DNA from: a virus
Lineage: Duplodnaviria > Caudoviricetes
DNA: 64,000 nucleotides
Virus record (IMG/VR): IMGVR_UViG_3300036760_000139
Location: 1,685-65,684 of that record
Direction: 5' to 3' (one strand)
Positions 9,002-18,494 of this stretch are shown in pieces. Positions within the stretch are counted from its first letter, which is position 1. Every line of letters starts with the position of its first letter. The notes under the pieces were generated by a model, which worked only from the letters and a program-made list of their open reading frames with translations, ran no database searches and was not told the origin of the DNA. Both the position numbers and the translations under genes were made by a program.

Positions 9002-9771
9002 GCACCCTCTACCAGATCCGCGATTGGGATCTGCACTTCGAGAACAACAAGAGCCGCGAGCGCGAGCTCTGCGCCTGGTGCCCGATCCCCAACAAGCAGG
9101 ACGGTCTCGGCTACGGCCGGGTGATGCGAGCAAGGGACGGCGAGGCGATCTATGGGGCGTTCATGGCGGTGGTCCTGGTGGCGTCCAAACAGAACCGCCC
9201 GCGCGCCGGGTACTTGACGGACACCGGGCGGGCTGACGGCGTGCCCTACGACTCGGACGCCTTGTCCATCAAGACCAAGGCGCGAGCCTCGATTCTCGCT
9301 AGGATGTTGGCGCTCTGCTCAGACGAAAGTATTGGATGGATAGATACTTTCGATACAAGTGCCTCCGGAGTGCCCGCCAAGTGCCCGCCAGGTGCCATAG
9401 AAGTGAAGAGAAGAGAAGAGAAAGAAGAGAAGAGAAGAGAAGGGAAGGGGGAACATTTCACGCCCCCCACGATCGAGGAAGCACGAGTCTACATCCAAGA
9501 AAAGGGCTACCACTTCACGGCCGAGGAGTTCATCGGCAAGGGTGAGGCGGTGGGATGGGTGACTGGCAAGAACCGGGCACCCCTGAAATCCTGGAAGGGC
9601 TGGATGGCCACCTGGGAAGCCAATTGGCGGGAGAACCATCCCGAGAGGGCGACCAGCTGGCAAACCCTCTGCACCCGCTGTGGGAAGGAACCCCGCCGGC
9701 CGGACTCGGAGATGGGCGAGAAGTGTTTCAAGGAACTCAGGCTTGGACTAGAAGGAGACGGAGATGAATAA
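8998..9771 (+). CDS. Phage replication initiator-like protein
   Basis: KRREEKEEKRRE linker, FTPPTIEE...GW...LKSWK...TWE C-terminal domain. Confidence 0.7.
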   Translation: MSTLYQIRDWDLHFENNKSRERELCAWCPIPNKQDGLGYGRVMRARDGEAIYGAFMAVVLVASKQNRPRAGYLTDTGRADGVPYDSDALSIKTKARASILARMLALCSDESIGWIDTFDTSASGVPAKCPPGAIEVKRREEKEEKRREGKGEHFTPPTIEEARVYIQEKGYHFTAEEFIGKGEAVGWVTGKNRAPLKSWKGWMATWEANWRENHPERATSWQTLCTRCGKEPRRPDSEMGEKCFKELRLGLEGDGDE

Positions 9772-10033
9772 GAGAGTGAGTAGCCAACGTGCCCGACTAA
9801 TTTCGGAGATGAGTGCTGGAAGTCTTCTTCTCGTCCCAGAGGATGCAATCACACTTGCTCTTGATCTCCTCGACGCGCGGAACGTTATAGAAAGCATCCG
9901 CAAATTGATTGATGGTGTTGATGTAAACGATCCCTATATCTACGTGAATGCGGCGCAGATCCGCAGTCTTTTGCCGAAAGGCGCGGGCGGCAACGCTGCT
10001 CGTGCTGCCGCGAAGGAGGTCGGGGATGAGTGA
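9764..10033 (+). CDS. Hypothetical cassette protein (DLLDAR motif)
   Basis: Translationally coupled; shares motifs with neighbouring genes. Confidence 0.65.
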   Translation: MNKRVSSQRARLISEMSAGSLLLVPEDAITLALDLLDARNVIESIRKLIDGVDVNDPYIYVNAAQIRSLLPKGAGGNAARAAAKEVGDE

Positions 10034-10418
10034 CGAGAAGGTAACCGAGGAAGACTGCTTCAACGTCTATTGGAATGGTGAGGGGGCGATGCCGCCTCAT
10101 CTCTGTCTCGGAGATTTTGCTCGTGAACTCTCGATTGCCCGTGCCAATCTCCTCGACGTAAGCACAAAGGCAGAAGATCGGGCCACAGAACACCGCAAGG
10201 AATACTGTCAGGTTGTATCTGAGAACATTGGGCACCGACAGCGCATCGCGGAACTGGAGCGAGAGCGGGATGAGGCGAGGCCCGTGCTGGAGGCGGCGCG
10301 TTATCAGGCGATGATTCATGGTTCAAAGATAGCCTACCGCGAAGCTTGTTACCAAACGGAATTGGCGATCAGCAGTTTTGACGCTGCTCGTGCTGCCGGG
10401 GGAGGCGAGGATGAGTGA
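10026..10418 (+). CDS. Hypothetical cassette protein (ERERDEA motif)
   Basis: ATGAGTGA coupling; SD GGAGG. Confidence 0.65.
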   Translation: MSDEKVTEEDCFNVYWNGEGAMPPHLCLGDFARELSIARANLLDVSTKAEDRATEHRKEYCQVVSENIGHRQRIAELERERDEARPVLEAARYQAMIHGSKIAYREACYQTELAISSFDAARAAGGGEDE

Positions 10419-10710
10419 GCCGAAGATTCTCTACGTCCACTTTGGCCTACTCCCGGCGAATGGCCGATCGCACAATCACCTCACTGGATTGGATGAGGAT
10501 GGCGTATCCGTCTATGAGGCCATCGAGCGGGATGACCGTCTCGATGTCATCCTTCCGAGTCTCACCGAGTCGGCCTGCGTCAGTCTGTCCGGCTGCTTGC
10601 GTAGGCCCATCTATATCGTGACCGGGAGGCAAATCGGCAGAGGCAGCGACGGCGAGTCTCTGTTAAGTGATGTGGAGATAGTGGGGAGGCGAGGATGCCC
10701 GAGAGAATGA
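10411..10710 (+). CDS. Hypothetical protein (EDGVSVY motif)
   Basis: Coupled start with SD GGAGG. Confidence 0.6.
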   Translation: MSEPKILYVHFGLLPANGRSHNHLTGLDEDGVSVYEAIERDDRLDVILPSLTESACVSLSGCLRRPIYIVTGRQIGRGSDGESLLSDVEIVGRRGCPRE

Positions 10711-11108
10711 ACGGTGAGCGGCTGTGTTACCTAGCCTCGATGGCACGATGGACGGAGGTGAAGGAAATGGCCCTTGATCTCCTCGACGCACGCCGAGAGC
10801 GGGATGAGGCGCACGAGACGATCGCGTGGATCACCGGCACCGACGATGTAGAGAGTGTGATCGCCGGGGCAATGGCTGCTCTTGCTGCCAAGGGAGGCGG
10901 AGATGGTGAATCCAGACTTGAGCGGATTCGCCGACTCATCGAGGAGCAGTACATAGAATGCCCGACGGGCTGCGGTGCGAGTTTCGAGGAGTTGCTTTGC
11001 TACGAGTTACACGATGGCGGCCTAACGTTTCGGGCGCTGGCGCAAAAGTGGAACATCGGCCTCCCGACATTGGGCTCCCTGATCGCTGACCACTGCGAAC
11101 GGCTATGA
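10695..11108 (+). CDS. Hypothetical cassette protein, apparent fusion of two modules
   Basis: DLLDARRERDEA, internal end motif AALAAKGGGDGE, then a C-terminal HTH-like part. Confidence 0.6.
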   Translation: MPERMNGERLCYLASMARWTEVKEMALDLLDARRERDEAHETIAWITGTDDVESVIAGAMAALAAKGGGDGESRLERIRRLIEEQYIECPTGCGASFEELLCYELHDGGLTFRALAQKWNIGLPTLGSLIADHCERL

Positions 11109-11119
11109 GGGAGGTGGGG

Positions 11120-11785
11120 ATGAATGACGAACGAATGTCAACTGCATCAGTAGAGTTAGCCTTACGTGACTTAGTTGACCATCCGACCGGAGTTCTGACC
11201 GCCGTTGGGCAGGAATGCGTGATGCGTGATCTTCTCGACGCACGGGCGCAAGAGGAAAGCTGGAAGATCCTCGCAAACAAGGCGAACGAGCGGGCGGATT
11301 ACTTTGAGCGAGAGCGGGATGAGGCGCTAGATGATAAGTGGAAACTCCTCAAGATTGTTACTGACAAGAATGTGGAGCTTCTGACTTTGCAGCGAGAGCT
11401 GATCGCATGGCGTGCTGCCATTCAGCGCATTACTCCTGGCGGTTCTGAGTTCATGGACCCCGAGAGTGTTGAGCGATGGGCGCAGAAGCAAAATCGTGAA
11501 CTTGGGCAGGCAAAGATGGACGTTGTGAAGCTGCGCCGAGAGCGGGATGAGGCGGGGGTCTTGGCGGCGGTTCTTGCCAAATGGCTTCATCGTGAGTGTG
11601 TGATGTCGGGGTTCGACCTAGACGGCGGCTCCGTCCAAGAAAAACTTCTCAGCCTCGGTTTCGCTGAGATGCACTTGCCGGAGCCAGGATCACCCGAGGA
11701 GGAAGAGTTTGGACAAGACCAAGTGCTTTGCTACCTCAAACCGGAGTGGGCTGCTCGTACTGCCGGGGGAGGCGGGGATGAGTGA
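11120..11785 (+). CDS. Hypothetical cassette protein (Ea22-like mosaic)
   Basis: DLLDAR, two RERDEA, TPGGSEF motif. Confidence 0.65.
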   Translation: MNDERMSTASVELALRDLVDHPTGVLTAVGQECVMRDLLDARAQEESWKILANKANERADYFERERDEALDDKWKLLKIVTDKNVELLTLQRELIAWRAAIQRITPGGSEFMDPESVERWAQKQNRELGQAKMDVVKLRRERDEAGVLAAVLAKWLHRECVMSGFDLDGGSVQEKLLSLGFAEMHLPEPGSPEEEEFGQDQVLCYLKPEWAARTAGGGGDE

Positions 11786-12050
11786 GAGAGTAAGTAGTCA
11801 CGCCTGCACGCGGATTGCAAAACTACTCTCCGGGCACACAAAACTGGAACGTGATCTTGCTGCCGATCTCCTCGACGCACGTACCCGCGCGAAGGAGCTG
11901 GAGGAGGCGCTGCGGGAAATCGAAGTACAGACCGCACTATCGAAGGGCTTGGCAACTCGTGCCCTGCGCGGGGAGAACCGCCCACTTGACGTTTCTGGCC
12001 CCAATGGGGGAGAAAACTCCCCATTGGAACGCGGGGAGGAGAAGGGATGA
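11778..12050 (+). CDS. Hypothetical cassette protein (DLLDAR motif)
   Basis: Start resembles the 9764 gene (RVSS). Confidence 0.6.
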   Translation: MSERVSSHACTRIAKLLSGHTKLERDLAADLLDARTRAKELEEALREIEVQTALSKGLATRALRGENRPLDVSGPNGGENSPLERGEEKG

Positions 12051-12580
12051 GCCTGGACAAGCCGAGGCGCACGACGAGTGAGGCGTTCAGGGAGTGGTTG
12101 CGGCCAGCCGGCTGCATCATCCAAAGCGGTTCGTGCTGGGGTCGCCTTGAGTTTCACCACGAGAAGAGGCGCGGGGCCAGGGGCAGCGATCCGCTACTCG
12201 GCGGCTCCGACTTCTGCGGATTCTGGACTTGTGTGTTCCACCACAACATCGCGCAGAGTCACCGTGCCCAATTCGAGCTAGAACTCGGCATGCCGATCTG
12301 GCAATGGCTGTTCCGCCAGCTCTATCTCTACGCGATGGAGCGCGGGTTGCTTGAGGTGGACGGCGAGAAGGTCGTCGCGGAGCAACAGTGGCCCGAATCG
12401 CTGCAAGAGATTGCGGCAGGAGCCTTGAGGCAAATTTACGCACAGCGCGAAGAAATCCTGCGGGCTTTCGTCGCCAAGTATGGGTGCCAACCAGACGAGA
12501 TCGTTCAGGTCGAGCAGGAGACAGCAAACGGAACGGCATGGCACGTAGAACCTCGTGCTGCTATCGGGGAGTCGGCGTGA
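12047..12580 (+). CDS. HNH-like/DUF968-like protein
   Basis: FREWLR..GC...C...HH...C..HH...H pattern. Confidence 0.5.
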   Translation: MSLDKPRRTTSEAFREWLRPAGCIIQSGSCWGRLEFHHEKRRGARGSDPLLGGSDFCGFWTCVFHHNIAQSHRAQFELELGMPIWQWLFRQLYLYAMERGLLEVDGEKVVAEQQWPESLQEIAAGALRQIYAQREEILRAFVAKYGCQPDEIVQVEQETANGTAWHVEPRAAIGESA

Positions 12581-12951
12581 CCCCGAACCCGGCATGGGCA
12601 ATGCCCGGTCTCCGGACGGCCCGCCCCGGGCGAATCAAGAGACCCGGCGAGATGAACAAACTTGAGGAAGCCTACTCATGGGTTCTCGAAGCCCGGAAGC
12701 GGGCAGGCGAGATTCAGTGGTGGGGGTACGAGCAGATGACCCTCAAGCTCGCGGACGGCGTGCGTTATACCCCCGACTTCGCTGTACTCACCCTTGGGAT
12801 CAATACCACCGGCCAACTCGAATTTCACGAGGTCAAAGGCTACATGCGCGATGACGCCCGCGTAAAACTCAAGGTTGCCGCGGCGATGTTCCCGTTCAAG
12901 TTCCTCCTCGTCCGCAAGAGCGGGCAGGGGTGGGAGATCACGGAGGCTTGA
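12577..12951 (+). CDS. PD-(D/E)XK endonuclease (DUF1064-like, possible resolvase)
   Basis: MNKLEEAY, RYTPDF, FHEVKG, DARVKLKVAA. Confidence 0.8.
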   Translation: MTPNPAWAMPGLRTARPGRIKRPGEMNKLEEAYSWVLEARKRAGEIQWWGYEQMTLKLADGVRYTPDFAVLTLGINTTGQLEFHEVKGYMRDDARVKLKVAAAMFPFKFLLVRKSGQGWEITEA

Positions 12952-13058
12952 ATGCTGGCTCGAATACTAACGGCGATCGTCGGGACGTACCTGTTTGTGA
13001 TCCTCGTCGAGATCGACAACCGTGCAATCGCGCGCAACATGCAGAAGAGGACGGGACG

Positions 13059-13307
13059 ATGACGGACCTGGTTGCAGTGGTCGAGCTCCTCGCCCTGCTC
13101 GTGGTCGCCGTGGTCTGGTGGCGTCGGGAACGCAAATGGAAGGCGATCGCCGGTCTGCGTACTGGTCTGGCCAGCGAGTTCACGGACAGGCTGTGCGCCG
13201 GGATTCAGCGCAAACTCGGGCGGCGCAAGGGCATGAGGATCATCAACGAGGCGATGCGCACGGCGCGCGAGGCGTGGAACACGAAGGTCATGGGAATCGC
13301 AAAATGA
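13059..13307 (+). CDS. Small membrane-anchored protein
   Basis: N-terminal hydrophobic helix followed by WWRR. Confidence 0.55.
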   Translation: MTDLVAVVELLALLVVAVVWWRRERKWKAIAGLRTGLASEFTDRLCAGIQRKLGRRKGMRIINEAMRTAREAWNTKVMGIAK

Positions 13308-13531
13308 GGTGCCCGGAATGCGGTGCCGACCTGGACCGAGGCGCGGAGGGCACCAAGGATGACAGGCGAAACGCCTATCTGCGGACCCAGGACTGCGAGA
13401 AGTGTGGGTCAAGGCGGGTGTCAGTTGACCATCTGTTTCCAGAGGATCGCCAGGCCGAAGAGTTGCATTACCTGTACGCCCTGCGGTACGCCAGGCGTGC
13501 AAAGAAGGTCCGTTCCACCCAACACACGTAA
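13304..13531 (+). CDS. Zinc-ribbon protein, Ogr/Delta- or NrdR-N-like; candidate transcription regulator
   Basis: MRCPECG...T...R..CEKCGSR; 75 aa; basic C-terminus. Confidence 0.6.
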   Translation: MRCPECGADLDRGAEGTKDDRRNAYLRTQDCEKCGSRRVSVDHLFPEDRQAEELHYLYALRYARRAKKVRSTQHT

Positions 13532-13581
13532 TCTAGTGTGACACCCTTGACATGCGGCGGCACCTGCGCCAGATTGTCAGA
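13523..13581 (+). promoter_or_regulatory. Palindrome-linked promoter (CACAC-N8-GTGTG, TTGACA-17-CAGATT)
   Basis: 29 bp identical to 61732-61760; GTG start 6 nt after the -10 implies a leaderless mRNA. Confidence 0.75.
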
Positions 13582-14889
13582 GTGACCATCCGTCTCCTCT
13601 GCGGCGACGCGCTCGAACAGCTCCGGCTGCTCCCGGATGAAAGCGTGCAGTCCTGCATCACGTCGCCGCCGTATTGGGGCCTGCGCGACTACGGCATCGC
13701 GGGGCAACTCGGTCTTGAGCGCACGCCGGAGGAGTACGTCGAAAAACTGGTCGAGGTGTTCCGCGAGGTGCGGCGGGTGCTGCGCGGGGACGGGACACTG
13801 TGGCTCAATCTCGGCGACTGCTACAACGCCTACAACGGGGGGGCTGGTCCCGGTTCAAAACTCTCCGATACTCAGACCAGCGAGCGCCCGCACCTTGAAA
13901 CTGGATACGGTCTTCGGACGCCCAGCCTCAAGCCCAAGGATCTCGTCGGCATCCCCTGGCGCGTGGCCTTCGCGCTCCAGGCTGATGGATGGTGGCTGCG
14001 CCGCGACATTATCTGGCACAAACCCAACCCGATGCCGGAGAGCGTGACTGACCGACCGACATCTTCGCACGAGTACGTATTCTTGCTCACGAAGTCGGCG
14101 CGGTACTACTACGACGGGGAGGCGATCAAGGAGCCGGCCGATGGTCGAACATGGCATGACCTAACCGGGCCACCGCGATTGGACGTGCCTGGACAGACGA
14201 AACAGGACGGCCACGGGCGCCGACACTCCGGTTTCAATGCACGATATTTTCAGGAACCGCCGCCAGCGTCACGTAATCGCCGCTCCGTCTGGACAATCCC
14301 CACGCAATCTTTCCCCGAGGCGCACTTCGCCACCTTTCCGGAGGCCCTTGTCGAGCCGTGCATCGCGGCGGGGAGCCGTGGACCTGGAAAACGGTGCGAT
14401 TGCGACAGGTTGGTTCTGACGCCTACCGGTAGTGGTCCGGTGAACGATCCGACCCTGTCCACGGGGCGAGCTGGCATGAATCGTCCGCGCCGACCGGATG
14501 AGGGAACGCGACCAATCACAAGGAGGGAACAGCGCCACCACGCGGAGGAGATGAAGAGGAGTCCCGTTCGGGATCAAATTGCCGCTGCGTGTGGATCGGC
14601 CTTTACCCATTACATCCGAACTGACGACAGCGGTGCGCGGCCTCTTCCAGAAGAATTTCGGCGCCGGTTCTTGGCGGCAGGATGGCTCACCGAAGCGCCA
14701 CCGTGCTCCTGTCCAATGGCGGAGGGTGACACTGTTCTCGACCCGTTCTGTGGCTCGGGGACCGTGGGCGTCGTGGCACTGCGAGCTGGGCGGGACTTCA
14801 TTGGCATTGACCTGAGCCCGAGATACGTAGAGATGGCGCGCCGCAGGATCGAGGGGACGGCTCCGCTGTTCGCGGAGGTGAAGACGTAA
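13582..14889 (+). CDS. Beta-class N4-C/N6-A DNA methyltransferase with a Cys-bracketed insertion
   Basis: ITSPPY, IIWHKPNPMPES, HFATFP, VLDPFCGSGT; ~110-aa insert between CDC and CSC. Confidence 0.92.
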   Translation: MTIRLLCGDALEQLRLLPDESVQSCITSPPYWGLRDYGIAGQLGLERTPEEYVEKLVEVFREVRRVLRGDGTLWLNLGDCYNAYNGGAGPGSKLSDTQTSERPHLETGYGLRTPSLKPKDLVGIPWRVAFALQADGWWLRRDIIWHKPNPMPESVTDRPTSSHEYVFLLTKSARYYYDGEAIKEPADGRTWHDLTGPPRLDVPGQTKQDGHGRRHSGFNARYFQEPPPASRNRRSVWTIPTQSFPEAHFATFPEALVEPCIAAGSRGPGKRCDCDRLVLTPTGSGPVNDPTLSTGRAGMNRPRRPDEGTRPITRREQRHHAEEMKRSPVRDQIAAACGSAFTHYIRTDDSGARPLPEEFRRRFLAAGWLTEAPPCSCPMAEGDTVLDPFCGSGTVGVVALRAGRDFIGIDLSPRYVEMARRRIEGTAPLFAEVKT

Positions 14890-15542
14890 TGGGGCAGCTA
14901 TTCGAGCGCGTGTTCGATCCCGAGCAGGTGCTTGATGGAATCGAGCGATGGGCCTCCGGCTACGAGATGTTGCGCGAGTTCGGAGGCCAAGACTTGCCAG
15001 GGAGATTCGATGGTCTACTCGTCCCGACTGGGAGGGACTGCAACCAGGCGAAGCAGACCGACCGCTGGTGGTGGGAGCGGTTCGGCCTCGCGGTGGTCGA
15101 GGTGAAGGTCGAGCGAGCTGATTTCTTGGCCGCGCTCAAGAACGGACAGCTCGAGAAGTACCGGGACTTCGGCGCGATCGCGGGCGTCTATCTGGCTTCG
15201 TGGCGCGGCGTCGCGAAGACCTCCGAGTTGCCAGAAGGTATCGGTCATCTGATCGTCGGATGGGGGGAACCAAATCCTGCGCTCCGTTACCGGGAGCGCG
15301 TCCCGCGTTGTGTCTGCAAGCGGAAGCCCGAGTGGAGGGCCACGACTCCGACAGTCGCGCTCATGTGGCGGATCATCTTCGCGCTGGAGCAGAAGCACCT
15401 AGACGAACAGCATGAGAGACAAAGACTTGAGCAGAAGTACAGCGAACAGTTGCACTCCCGTCTGGCGGAGAAGTTGTGGAAACCGTTGCATCGACTTGAG
15501 GTTGAAGCGGAAGCCGCGATGGGAGAGAAGGTGAAGCGGTGA
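14889..15542 (+). CDS. MmcB-like PD-(D/E)XK nuclease-fold protein
   Basis: RFDG...VEVKVERADF...ELPEGIG. Confidence 0.6.
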   Translation: MGQLFERVFDPEQVLDGIERWASGYEMLREFGGQDLPGRFDGLLVPTGRDCNQAKQTDRWWWERFGLAVVEVKVERADFLAALKNGQLEKYRDFGAIAGVYLASWRGVAKTSELPEGIGHLIVGWGEPNPALRYRERVPRCVCKRKPEWRATTPTVALMWRIIFALEQKHLDEQHERQRLEQKYSEQLHSRLAEKLWKPLHRLEVEAEAAMGEKVKR

Positions 15543-15751
15543 GACAACATCCTAAGTCACGGGCTTTGTGGAGGTGAAGACATGAAACGGATTGATGATC
15601 TTGTAGGGGCGACTGTCAGGCGGATCGAGGTTGGACGCTACGGCACGATGCACCTGTATTTCAAACCAACGGACGGGACCTTCTGTCCTCGGGACTGGGA
15701 CCCAATGATCGTGCAGATCCCCAAGGAGCCGAAGAAGCGGAAGGTCAAACG

Positions 15752-16525
15752 ATGAAGAGAGGGCAGGTGCGCCCGCTGTTGATGGTCGGCCGCGGCATCC
15801 GACTCCCGGGTTGGATGCTCGATGCCATCCTTGATCGGTGGCTGGAGCGCGCCGACGGACGGGGGGCACCGGCCCTACGCCTCGACGGGGAACCTCTCGT
15901 GGACCGGCAGGGGTACACCGAACCCTCGGAACTGCTGTGGATCTGCACCGTGGGCTGCAAACTCGCGCGGTGTCCATCACAGCCAGTTGACCCCCAAAAC
16001 CCGAACTCCACTCGGATGCCGGTGGTCGAACAGGTGGTGCGCCTGAACGCCGCCATCGCCGAACGCAACAACAAGCTCGAACACCTGCGCTCGGACATCA
16101 AGCGGCTCGGTCCACCCCCAGGGAAGAAGGCACCCAAGTCCACGGCGGGCATCCTCTCCGAACTCAAGGAGGACGAGACGCTGATGGATGCGGAACTCAA
16201 GTGGGCCGCAGGCCGAGTCGCGCAACTTGCTGGTAGCCGCGACTACCGGGACGGTCGCAGGTATCTGACGCAGGCGTTCACCGGGGCGATACTCGATGAC
16301 CCCACGTTCCTGGCCTGGAGTGAGTATGCCTGCTGGCTGGTGTCACCCAACCTGCTGCTGAGGCCGGCGATGGAGCGAGCCGGGATCACGCCCACACAGC
16401 TTGCCGAGCGCCTGGGCGTGACCTACGAGACCGTAAGTCGCTGGCTTGCCGACCGCAGCTCGCGGCGATGGGTCCTCATCCCGATACATCACGCTCCGGC
16501 GCTCAGAGAACTGTTGACTGCTTGA
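15752..16525 (+). CDS. Protein with coiled coil and C-terminal XRE HTH
   Basis: GITPTQLAERLGVTYETVSRWL. Confidence 0.65.
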   Translation: MKRGQVRPLLMVGRGIRLPGWMLDAILDRWLERADGRGAPALRLDGEPLVDRQGYTEPSELLWICTVGCKLARCPSQPVDPQNPNSTRMPVVEQVVRLNAAIAERNNKLEHLRSDIKRLGPPPGKKAPKSTAGILSELKEDETLMDAELKWAAGRVAQLAGSRDYRDGRRYLTQAFTGAILDDPTFLAWSEYACWLVSPNLLLRPAMERAGITPTQLAERLGVTYETVSRWLADRSSRRWVLIPIHHAPALRELLTA

Positions 16526-16537
16526 GAGGAGACGACC

Positions 16538-16840
16538 ATGCGGGTCCTGGACTTTGACCCCGAGTTTACCTGGGACGCGGGCGAGCCGTTCCCCGTCGCG
16601 CTGATCGGGCGAGCTCGCGAACACGCGAGACGCAACGATCACCGCCAACTTGAGGCCCCCATCGCTTTCGAGGGGGCCGCTTCTTGCTGGAACCCACTGG
16701 GCGATTGGCGGGGGATCTCCTTTGTGGTGCTGGCGTGCGCGGCCTGCGGCCAAGAGATCGGACGGGGCATCGTGTGGCGCACACCGCCCTCGGACGACGC
16801 CTACCCTTGGCAGGCGGGGTACTGGTCGAGGGTTGGGTGA
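16538..16840 (+). CDS. Hypothetical protein
   Basis: SD GAGGAG; coupled to the next gene. Confidence 0.55.
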   Translation: MRVLDFDPEFTWDAGEPFPVALIGRAREHARRNDHRQLEAPIAFEGAASCWNPLGDWRGISFVVLACAACGQEIGRGIVWRTPPSDDAYPWQAGYWSRVG

Positions 16841-17043
16841 ATGTCCTCCACCTCTTCGCGGGAGCCGGGGGCGGGGTCCTTGCCGACAGACTCCTTGGAT
16901 TCAGGAGCGTCGGCTACGTCGAAATCGAACCGTACTGTCAGGCGGTCCTCAAGGCGAGGATTGCGGACGGCAGCATTGATCCTGCCCCCATCTTCGGGGA
17001 CGTGCGGGAGTTCATTCGCGTCGGCGCTTTTCGCGTAACATAA
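16837..17043 (+). pseudogene. Truncated C5-cytosine methyltransferase
   Basis: Motif I LHLFAGAGGG, VEI, GDV, then TAA after 68 codons. Confidence 0.75.
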
Positions 17044-17184
17044 GGAAGCGCCCGAGCCTGCGGAGGGTTCTCAGTGCAGTCACCACTGAACATCCTGTGG
17101 CGCCCGCCAATTCCTCCGCCGTCACCCCTTGTGAGCGAAGGGCGAGACAGGTAGCCACCGCCGCGAGTTCGCGGGTCCGGGTGC

Positions 17185-17796
17185 TCATGGCATCACTCCT
17201 TTCTGTAACAACAAGTTCCCCGACATCTCTCTTTCGCGTGTTTCCAAGTCATCGAGAAATCTGGCCGCCTCGGCCAGGTCGCCCGCGACCTTAACAGTGA
17301 GTGGGCCGAACCACTGTTCGACTACATTCCAAGGGCGGGCAATGAGGATACCGGTACCCTGGGGGTTCGTGGCCATCCATGTGACAAGGTTCTGCGGGCG
17401 GTCGTCGATGAGTGCGTCGGCAAAAAGTAACTCTTTGTGCTTGATGCAGATAAGGCGCTCAATGTCGAACCACGGGGCAGTCCTTTTGAGCCATGCCACC
17501 TTGCCGGGCACCGCGATGTCGGGGCGAGGTCCGGGTTGCGTAGCAATGTAGGTGTCATGTGTCAAACAGAGTTCGCGCAAGGCCACAATCGCCCCCGGGT
17601 AGGCGGTACCCTCGGTCCACAGCCGAGACGACTTGGTGATCGCAGACTTGGCCTTGGTGTTCGGGAGTTGCCTCATGAAGTGCCACTCCCAGCGGAAGTC
17701 CGGCGGCAATTCTTCGCCGCTCAACTCGTGGTACAGACGGAGGTAGATCCCCGTCCAATCGTAAACGACTCCGTCAAGATCGACTAGGACGCGCAT
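17185..17796 (-). CDS. 5'(3')-deoxyribonucleotidase (HAD, NT5C-like)
   Basis: VDLDGV, YIATQP, K..WL, LIDDRPQN, RPWN. Confidence 0.88.
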   Translation of the reverse strand: MRVLVDLDGVVYDWTGIYLRLYHELSGEELPPDFRWEWHFMRQLPNTKAKSAITKSSRLWTEGTAYPGAIVALRELCLTHDTYIATQPGPRPDIAVPGKVAWLKRTAPWFDIERLICIKHKELLFADALIDDRPQNLVTWMATNPQGTGILIARPWNVVEQWFGPLTVKVAGDLAEAARFLDDLETREREMSGNLLLQKGVMP

Positions 17797-17920
17797 CACG
17801 CCCCCAGTCGGTCGAACAGCCAATTCGCAGCCCGACAGAACCATCGGGGCGGAGGGATGAGGATGCCGAGCACCAGACCCACGAAACTGCCTACCAGCAC
17901 TCCCACTAGGATGCTGAGGG

Positions 17921-18133
17921 TCATGCTGCCTCCTTTCCCTGCCGCCCGCCTGTGAGTCGCGCGGCCAGCATCGCCCGTTCGCGGACGTGTTGGGTGCGGA
18001 CCTCGCTGATGTTCTTGTTGTTGACCTGGCACCAACAGGGGACGCAAAGCGAGTAGTTGCCGCCGTCGATGCGCCCGGGCTTGTGGCAGGCGGTACACTC
18101 CTCGTCATTGACCCAGATGATCGGTCTAGTCAT
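17921..18133 (-). CDS. Small zinc-finger early protein
   Basis: CTAC...CVPC. Confidence 0.5.
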   Translation of the reverse strand: MTRPIIWVNDEECTACHKPGRIDGGNYSLCVPCWCQVNNKNISEVRTQHVRERAMLAARLTGGRQGKEAA

Positions 18134-18494
18134 CACTTCCTCCGCAGGTCGGACACCGCTTGCCTTCTGGTCTTCCGCAAGTCGGGCACTTTCTCTGGAT
18201 TTCCAATGTGAACGTGTCGGTGGGGCCAAGCGAAGTCGCCCGCATTGGCGGCTCGGTTGCAAGTTCACCAATGCAGTGGCCACCCACCTCCTGATCCCAA
18301 ACGCCAATCCAGGCAAAGGGCTGAAACGACAAGTGTGTCCATTCCACCCTGAATGGCCCGGAGAACTCCTCTGAGGTTATCGGCATCCGACGATACCCGT
18401 CTCGCTTTTTCTTGTTCACGAGTTCCGTGCCGCGGGGACCATGGCGCGAACCGGAATGGAGTGCCAGCCACAATGTAATCGGTCCAATGCTCAT
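18126..18494 (-). CDS. Hypothetical early protein with tandem CPTCG repeats
   Basis: KCPTCG and RCPTCG at the C-terminus. Confidence 0.55.
   Translation of the reverse strand: MSIGPITLWLALHSGSRHGPRGTELVNKKKRDGYRRMPITSEEFSGPFRVEWTHLSFQPFAWIGVWDQEVGGHCIGELATEPPMRATSLGPTDTFTLEIQRKCPTCGRPEGKRCPTCGGSDD

Noticed and set aside
9751-12050. CRISPR array
   Set aside because: Repeats are irregularly spaced, in-frame coding and of three kinds; no cas genes
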